A stretch of 20,000 nt of DNA from an uncultured virus (IMG/VR IMGVR_UViG_3300032180_000385) (taxonomy: Duplodnaviria; Heunggongvirae; Uroviricota; Caudoviricetes), in IMG/VR virus record IMGVR_UViG_3300032180_000385, positions 108,988 through 128,987 of that record; one strand, written 5' to 3'. A model generated the notes under the pieces. That model saw only the letters and a list, made by a program, of their open reading frames with translations. It did no database searches and was not told the DNA's origin. Made by a program: the position numbers and the translations under genes. Shown here piece by piece: positions 15,075-20,000 of this stretch (its first letter is position 1; every line of letters begins with the position of its first letter).

Positions 15075-15365
15075 CTACCAGGCGCGCAGAACATCGAGGT
15101 TGCGGAAGACCGGCGGAGTTCCGGACAGCTGCTGGTACCGCTCGGCCGCAGCCTGAGTCTCGGGCAGGGCAGAGTTCTCCATCGCGGACTCGTAGGAGTC
15201 GAAGACCACCGCCATGCGGTAGAGCTGAGAATCGGAGCGATCGCGGGTCACCGTTATCGATCGTGCCGTGCGTTTTCCCTCGGTGGCAGCCCACCAGTCA
15301 TCGTTAATCGTGTACGCCGCGCTGATGTCAGACGTACGAAATTCGATAACCTGAACGAATGTCAT
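15075..15365 (-). CDS. ABM-like (dimeric alpha+beta barrel) actinobacterial protein, 96 aa
   Basis: AGGAG RBS; MTFVQVIEFRT...ATEGKRTA...FDSYESAMENS.LPET...P.FRNLDV. Confidence 0.8.
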   Translation of the reverse strand: MTFVQVIEFRTSDISAAYTINDDWWAATEGKRTARSITVTRDRSDSQLYRMAVVFDSYESAMENSALPETQAAAERYQQLSGTPPVFRNLDVLRAW

Positions 15366-15378
15366 GATCCTGCTCCTG

Positions 15379-15678
15379 TCAGTTCGCCACCCTGGGGCGA
15401 GCATCTCCTACATACTGACCGGGCTGAGCGCCTAGCTCGAACAGATCGAAACACGGAAAATCCTCTGAGATACCGCCTGAAAGATCGAGGCGAGACTTGC
15501 CGCCTCCCGATTCTGGTACGTACTGCACGACCGTAACGCGCACTTCCGCCGACGGCAGCATCTCGAGGCCTACCACCACCATCGTACCGCCTGCTGACCC
15601 GAAGTAAGAAGAGGCTAGCTCTCCGTGTATGAGGTTAATTCTATCGCCGAGCCGAAGCTCATGCGCGTGCTTGATCAT
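15379..15678 (-). CDS. Hypothetical protein
   Basis: GGGAG RBS; starts AHELRLGDRI. Confidence 0.65.
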   Translation of the reverse strand: MIKHAHELRLGDRINLIHGELASSYFGSAGGTMVVVGLEMLPSAEVRVTVVQYVPESGGGKSRLDLSGGISEDFPCFDLFELGAQPGQYVGDARPRVAN

Positions 15679-15735
15679 AATTCTCCCTGATAACCCGAAC
15701 CACTACCGATCCGGTCTCAGTATCAGAGGATACAC

Positions 15736-15948
15736 TCACGGCACCAGGGCTTCCAGCAGCTCGTCGAGGAAGCCGGGCGGATCTTCGTAGTGCCGATTCC
15801 CGATGCAGCGCCCGCACATGAACACGCCCTCCGCAACAGCGGCCGGCTCGTAGTCCCGATCCCTGCCTGGCCAGGAGGTCAGCTCGCTCCCGCAGCACGG
15901 ACAGCGGCCTTCCCGCCAGTACCGTCGACAGTACTCGAGATCACTCAT
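15736..15948 (-). CDS. Cys-rich small protein, paralog of 12698..12931
   Basis: GGAGG RBS; ATGA overlap with the methyltransferase stop; CPCCG and CxxC. Confidence 0.75.
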   Translation of the reverse strand: MSDLEYCRRYWREGRCPCCGSELTSWPGRDRDYEPAAVAEGVFMCGRCIGNRHYEDPPGFLDELLEALVP

Positions 15949-16910
15949 TGTGCTAGAACCTCCAAGATCTGCTTTCCGAGATAAAACGTATAAGCCGGAG
16001 GAATTGCCTGCGCTATTTCCTTCGCATCCATCCAGTCGATTCCCATGGCTACCCGGTGAAGATTTACCTGCTCGATACCGTCCAAGTGATCACCATTCCC
16101 CGTGCCATACACCCCGATAGTCCCGGTCATCTTATCACTACCAGGTCCGTACTTCACCTGATAATATGGACGGTGCCTATCCTGCCATTGATGATTACAT
16201 GCGACGCCTCGCAACGGCAAGCTCGACTCGAAAAGCCGATGACGACGAACGCGAAGCGCGAATGACGACCCGCAAAGCTGAACTGGATTTAGCAACGGAG
16301 CACCCGGAACATTTTCGATAATATAGGGAAGACCAATTGATTGCACCATCTCACGAAACGGAACTACTAGATCTGGATAATCATCACGACCGGAATAAAT
16401 GCCTTTCTTTTTCTGATGTGTAACTTTCACCAGCTCCGTCATTGCTGAATAATGCTGACATGGCGGACTGCCGACTACTACATCAAAATCCTGTGCGATA
16501 GCACTCAGCTCACCTGCCGTCAGTTTCGTAAAATCAGCCTTCCAGAACTCAAATGGATAGTGTGGTTGCGGGTCAATGTCCATCCCGGTCACCTCAAACC
16601 CAGCCATATGGTAACCCATTGAAGCCCCGCCAGCCTTACAGCAGATGTCCAGGAGCTTCTTCGCACTACTCCTAGCACCTGTCGCGCTCGACGACATTTT
16701 CGGCACTGACTCCGAAAATCCACGCTCACGCTGAGCACACCCGCACGAACGGGTATGCCCGGTCCTGAGATGCTCTACTGACACAGCAACCTCGTTGCCG
16801 CACTTGCAACGACATATAGCCATCCAGCGGGTCGTGCGTACCTCACGAATCACCGTAAGCCTGCCGAACCGGTTACCCGGGTATACCTGATACTCTCGCG
16901 GACGCGCCAT
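15945..16910 (-). CDS. DNA cytosine-C5 methyltransferase with N-terminal homing-endonuclease-associated Cys domain
   Basis: Motif I variant LLDICCKAGG, IV SPPCQ, VI IENV, VIII RRHRLF and X AQAIPP; N-terminus GNRFGRLTV...CRCKCGN...LRTGHTRSCGC. Confidence 0.88.
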   Translation of the reverse strand: MARPREYQVYPGNRFGRLTVIREVRTTRWMAICRCKCGNEVAVSVEHLRTGHTRSCGCAQRERGFSESVPKMSSSATGARSSAKKLLDICCKAGGASMGYHMAGFEVTGMDIDPQPHYPFEFWKADFTKLTAGELSAIAQDFDVVVGSPPCQHYSAMTELVKVTHQKKKGIYSGRDDYPDLVVPFREMVQSIGLPYIIENVPGAPLLNPVQLCGSSFALRVRRHRLFESSLPLRGVACNHQWQDRHRPYYQVKYGPGSDKMTGTIGVYGTGNGDHLDGIEQVNLHRVAMGIDWMDAKEIAQAIPPAYTFYLGKQILEVLAQ

Positions 16911-16959
16911 CTAGCCATTATGCCCGAACGCCCGGGGTTATGCCCCTACGAGGACTTGC

Positions 16960-17307
16960 TCATCCCGAAGCCTTCCGATCTGAGAGCGCGGTGTTATGCG
17001 CGTTCACGGCTGCCTGGGCTAGCTCTCTGGTGTCCATGACACCGATCAGCTCGTCATCATCCGAGGGCAGCTTCGCAACCATGGCGTAGATCGTCCGCCC
17101 CACCTTCCGGCCTGTCCTCCACAGAGCTTCTACGACCGCGAGCCGCACCTCACTAGATTCTAGATCTGCGACCTCCCCCGAGTGACCTTCACCTGAGCCA
17201 GGCGCCGGGTTGATGACACCGCCCTCGTCACCAGGAGGGGCGACCGGCGGCCCGCCGATTTCCTCCCCCATCGGGGACTTGCTCTCCGGGCGTTCGTCAC
17301 TAGCCAC
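16960..17307 (-). CDS. Hypothetical protein (WRTGRKVGRTIYA motif)
   Basis: GAGGAGG RBS before GTG. Confidence 0.7.
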   Translation of the reverse strand: MASDERPESKSPMGEEIGGPPVAPPGDEGGVINPAPGSGEGHSGEVADLESSEVRLAVVEALWRTGRKVGRTIYAMVAKLPSDDDELIGVMDTRELAQAAVNAHNTALSDRKASG

Positions 17308-17330
17308 TTGTTCCTCCTCGACGGATCGAG

Positions 17331-17336
17331 ATTATA
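17331..17336 (-). promoter_or_regulatory. Candidate -10 element TATAAT
   Basis: Consensus -10 box 24 nt upstream of the 17307 start; -35 box weak. Confidence 0.45.
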
Positions 17337-17586
17337 CTCGCAGGCATACCGCGTCAGTGCCCTTCGCGGGTACGCCCCGGACCTGGCTTCAAATGGCAGG
17401 GTAAAGGCTAGCGCCTAGCGGGCGCCGGGGTGGCGCGGTCCCTCGGTCCCGTAGTCCCAGGGCAGAACTCAGCCGGGTCATCACTGGGTGACGGATAGGG
17501 AGGCCGCTCCTGCGCCAGTCGGTCAGCCTGCTCGGTCGTCAGTCGCATCGCTCATCCTCACCTGTCTCTCTTACGCGATCCCGCGG

Positions 17587-17883
17587 CTAAACGGCAGCCG
17601 TCAGCAGCACAAGCAAGTCCAGGTCTTCCGGGCTCGTGTTCTTCACGTACACCGGATCCCCGTCCGTCACGAACTGGAACGGCGGGCGGGGATCCGGCCA
17701 CGACTGGGGAATGCGAATCGACAGTGATGTGCCTTCCGCGTCCTGGGCAAGCTGCAGCGAACCCTTGTGCGACGCATCCGAACTCAGGGTGACGGTGCGC
17801 CTACGCGGCATATCGAAGCCAAGGGCCGTGAACACCTCAACGACAGTCCCGGCCGGTACGGACACGGTAACCGCATGAATCAT
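17587..17883 (-). CDS. Hypothetical protein
   Basis: AAGGAG RBS; ATGA overlap. Confidence 0.7.
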   Translation of the reverse strand: MIHAVTVSVPAGTVVEVFTALGFDMPRRRTVTLSSDASHKGSLQLAQDAEGTSLSIRIPQSWPDPRPPFQFVTDGDPVYVKNTSPEDLDLLVLLTAAV

Positions 17884-18215
17884 GACTGCTCCTTGTTTTC
17901 GGCCCAAGCTCTGTAACCATCGCGGCTATCACCGTAGCGCTTTTCCTGCCGAACATCGGACTCTGGTTCCCGGGCAGCCTTCCGAACGAGCCTGATCTCG
18001 ACCCCGGACCCGGTGCCCTTGCGGCTGAGGAGCTTCCCGAACTGATCTCGCTCACCGGTGGAATGACTCCGATCGACGCCGGTGATCTCCCAGCGCAGAT
18101 CTTCTTCGAAGTCCGGCAGCTCCTGATCGTCTGGCCAGAAGCGAGCCACAACGCGCAGCAGCTCGTCATCGGTGAGGGTAACGCGGATGGTTTCGGCGCG
18201 TGAAACTTCTACCAT
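17880..18215 (-). CDS. Hypothetical protein
   Basis: GGGAG RBS; downstream of the repeated promoter-like element. Confidence 0.65.
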   Translation of the reverse strand: MVEVSRAETIRVTLTDDELLRVVARFWPDDQELPDFEEDLRWEITGVDRSHSTGERDQFGKLLSRKGTGSGVEIRLVRKAAREPESDVRQEKRYGDSRDGYRAWAENKEQS

Positions 18216-18261
18216 CTCTGGCTCCCTGTCTGGGCTCGCGGCCTGTCTGACCGCTTTCTGC

Positions 18262-18305
18262 CTCTACGAGTATCACTCCTCGACGCCTCGCGCAACCCGT
18301 CCCGC
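18262..18305 (-). repeat. 44-bp promoter-like repeat, copy 1
   Basis: ctctacgagtatcac-N13-gcgcaacccgtcccgc; flanks identical to 19889-19932. Confidence 0.8.
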
Positions 18306-18320
18306 GCCAGCTGCTATCCC

Positions 18321-19085
18321 TTACTTATGGAGGGCCACAACGATAATAACGCTGACAATGGCAATGATAACCGAAATAGCGGCGATCGCCTGGCTGAGTC
18401 GCGCCTGTCCGCCTGCCTGCTGCGATGCTGTCGCGAATTGGCTGTACGTCGACGCGTCAAAAGGGGTACCGGTCACCGATGCGACCCCGCTCTGAGTTCC
18501 CTCACCGCGGTCAACACGCTCCTTCAACTCGGTAATCCGGGCATCCAGCGCTTTCTCCAGGGTAGAAATAATCGTGCCGATCTGGTCTATCTGCTTCGCG
18601 AACGAGGTCTCTGATTTAACGGCTGCTGCTGCGGACGCCTCACCCTGCGCATTGACTAGCTCCTTAGCGGCCTGCAGCGCCGCGTCGAGGGCCTCTTTCG
18701 CGGCCTTGCTCGCCTGATCCGTCCGGATGTCCCGCTCGGAAAACTGCTGTGAGATCGAACTGAACCGCTCCTCGTGCAGCTCGCGCAGTGACGCGATCGC
18801 GGTCGTCATCTCGGTCGGAACATTTCGAAGGTCGGAGGCAAGAAGAACGGTGGCCCGGTCGATGGCATCCAGCCGGGTTTCAATGATCTCCCGAAGGCTT
18901 CTAATCTCCTGAGTGCGCTCCAGCCGCGCCGCCGAGATCCGCTCAGCGAGAAGCGTAGCCTGGGCATCCAGCGCCCGGTTGAACTGGGCCGTCGCCCGCT
19001 CGATAGCGATATCAGTCAAGCGTGACGGGTCGGGTCTCGGAATGTTCCAACCTCCGGACGGTGCGTCCCCAGACTGCTCGGTCAC
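18321..19085 (-). CDS. Coiled-coil protein with C-terminal TM anchor
   Basis: Long heptad-rich helical region; C-terminal IAAISVIIAIVSVIIVVAL; GGGAG RBS. Confidence 0.8.
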   Translation of the reverse strand: MTEQSGDAPSGGWNIPRPDPSRLTDIAIERATAQFNRALDAQATLLAERISAARLERTQEIRSLREIIETRLDAIDRATVLLASDLRNVPTEMTTAIASLRELHEERFSSISQQFSERDIRTDQASKAAKEALDAALQAAKELVNAQGEASAAAAVKSETSFAKQIDQIGTIISTLEKALDARITELKERVDRGEGTQSGVASVTGTPFDASTYSQFATASQQAGGQARLSQAIAAISVIIAIVSVIIVVALHK

Positions 19086-19145
19086 GCCAGGCTCCCTTCG
19101 CTCACGACGGCTGCGGCCTTACCCTGCCAGTCTAGCCGCACCGAT

Positions 19146-19847
19146 TCAAGGGGTGCCCTCGACGGCCGTCATCTGCTCGCCAACCCAGCGCGTGTACGCC
19201 GGCGGAATCGCTTCGCACACCTCCCGGATTCCTTCCTTGATGCGCGCGACAGGGGCATCTTCCGGAACCGCCATCCACGGCGTGCCCATCACCTCGCAAG
19301 CCTTCCGCTGCCAAGCGCGAGAATGCTTCCCGCCATGAATCGACATCAGTGGCGCGGCTCCCGTCGGCAAGTACCCGTTCCTCGTGCAACGCAGGGAGTG
19401 CGGCGGGTGCACGGGCTGCCGCAGATCGAAGTTCCCGGCTTCAAACAGCCGGTGTCGCTCGACGAGCAGATCTTCGAACATATAACCGCACAGCATGACG
19501 GGGTCGCGAAGCGGGGCGCCGGGCACGTTCTCGATCACGTACGGCATCTGATACCCGGAAAGCAACTCCCGAATCGGCTCGATCAGCATCGGGTAGTCAT
19601 GGTGATTGTAGGCGTTGAGAGGCGAGTATCCCTGACACGGCGGACTCGCGTGAACAGCGGAAAATCCGGCCATGAACTTCACGTCCGCCAGCAGATCAAG
19701 AGCATCCGCCTGAATGAACCGCTCCGGATTGAGGTAGTGCGGCTGCGGCTCGATATCCACGCCCCACACCTCGAAGCCCGCCTGCTCGTAGCCGCGGCAA
19801 GAGCCGCCCGCGCAGCAGCACAGGTTGAGCAGCCTCGGCCTTGTCAT
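19146..19847 (-). CDS. DNA cytosine-C5 methyltransferase (233 aa)
   Basis: Start MTRPRLLNL; motif I variant LLNLCCCAGG, SPPCQ, VIENV, ERHRLF and EAIPPAY. Confidence 0.9.
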   Translation of the reverse strand: MTRPRLLNLCCCAGGSCRGYEQAGFEVWGVDIEPQPHYLNPERFIQADALDLLADVKFMAGFSAVHASPPCQGYSPLNAYNHHDYPMLIEPIRELLSGYQMPYVIENVPGAPLRDPVMLCGYMFEDLLVERHRLFEAGNFDLRQPVHPPHSLRCTRNGYLPTGAAPLMSIHGGKHSRAWQRKACEVMGTPWMAVPEDAPVARIKEGIREVCEAIPPAYTRWVGEQMTAVEGTP

Positions 19848-19888
19848 GCGCCCATTTAGCACCACCAACCCATAGCGCGCAAGTCTGT

Positions 19889-19932
19889 CTCTACGAGTAT
19901 CACCCTCCGAAGTCTTGCGCAACCCGTCCCGC
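19889..19932 (-). repeat. 44-bp promoter-like repeat, copy 2
   Basis: Same 15-bp and 16-bp blocks as 18262-18305, with a divergent 13-bp spacer. Confidence 0.8.
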
Positions 19933-20000
19933 AGTGGCGCATTCCCGTGAAATCGCGACGCTTCTCGACGAAGACCGGTTTCTTGCCCGAATCTGGGCAA

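Noticed and set aside
16918..16945. TTATGCCC direct repeat resembling the Y RNA 3' motif
   Set aside because: Opposite strand, no partner GCCGGA/GGTTATC motif, and too short to be significant.
19848..20000. N-terminal extension of the second methyltransferase
   Set aside because: It spans the promoter-like repeat, and motif I begins right after ATG 19847.

Overview
High-GC, probably actinobacterial phage or prophage accessory region. It is made of many short, tightly coupled genes, mostly on the minus strand. No capsid, tail, integrase or host housekeeping genes are visible, so the phage assignment is inferred. The centrepiece is a Ro60/Rsr (TROVE+vWA) gene (5429-7030, -) preceded on the same strand by six Y RNA-like elements (about 7063-8136). 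Four are long YrlA-type RNAs with a circularly permuted tRNA domain. Two are short elements without the tRNA domain, and each sits just upstream of an RBS. A candidate promoter lies right at the 5' end of the first element. The window also contains a cassette of structured leader, secreted Phi-1-like/Ig protein, lipoprotein and terminator; two C5 cytosine methyltransferases (one fused to a homing-endonuclease-type N-terminal domain); a protein with an embedded Lsr2-like DNA-binding motif; a SLOG plus HigA-like HTH pair; a cupin; two ABM-like proteins; paralogous Cys-rich small proteins; and a duplicated 44-bp promoter-like element. All family calls come from motif recognition by eye; no searches were run.
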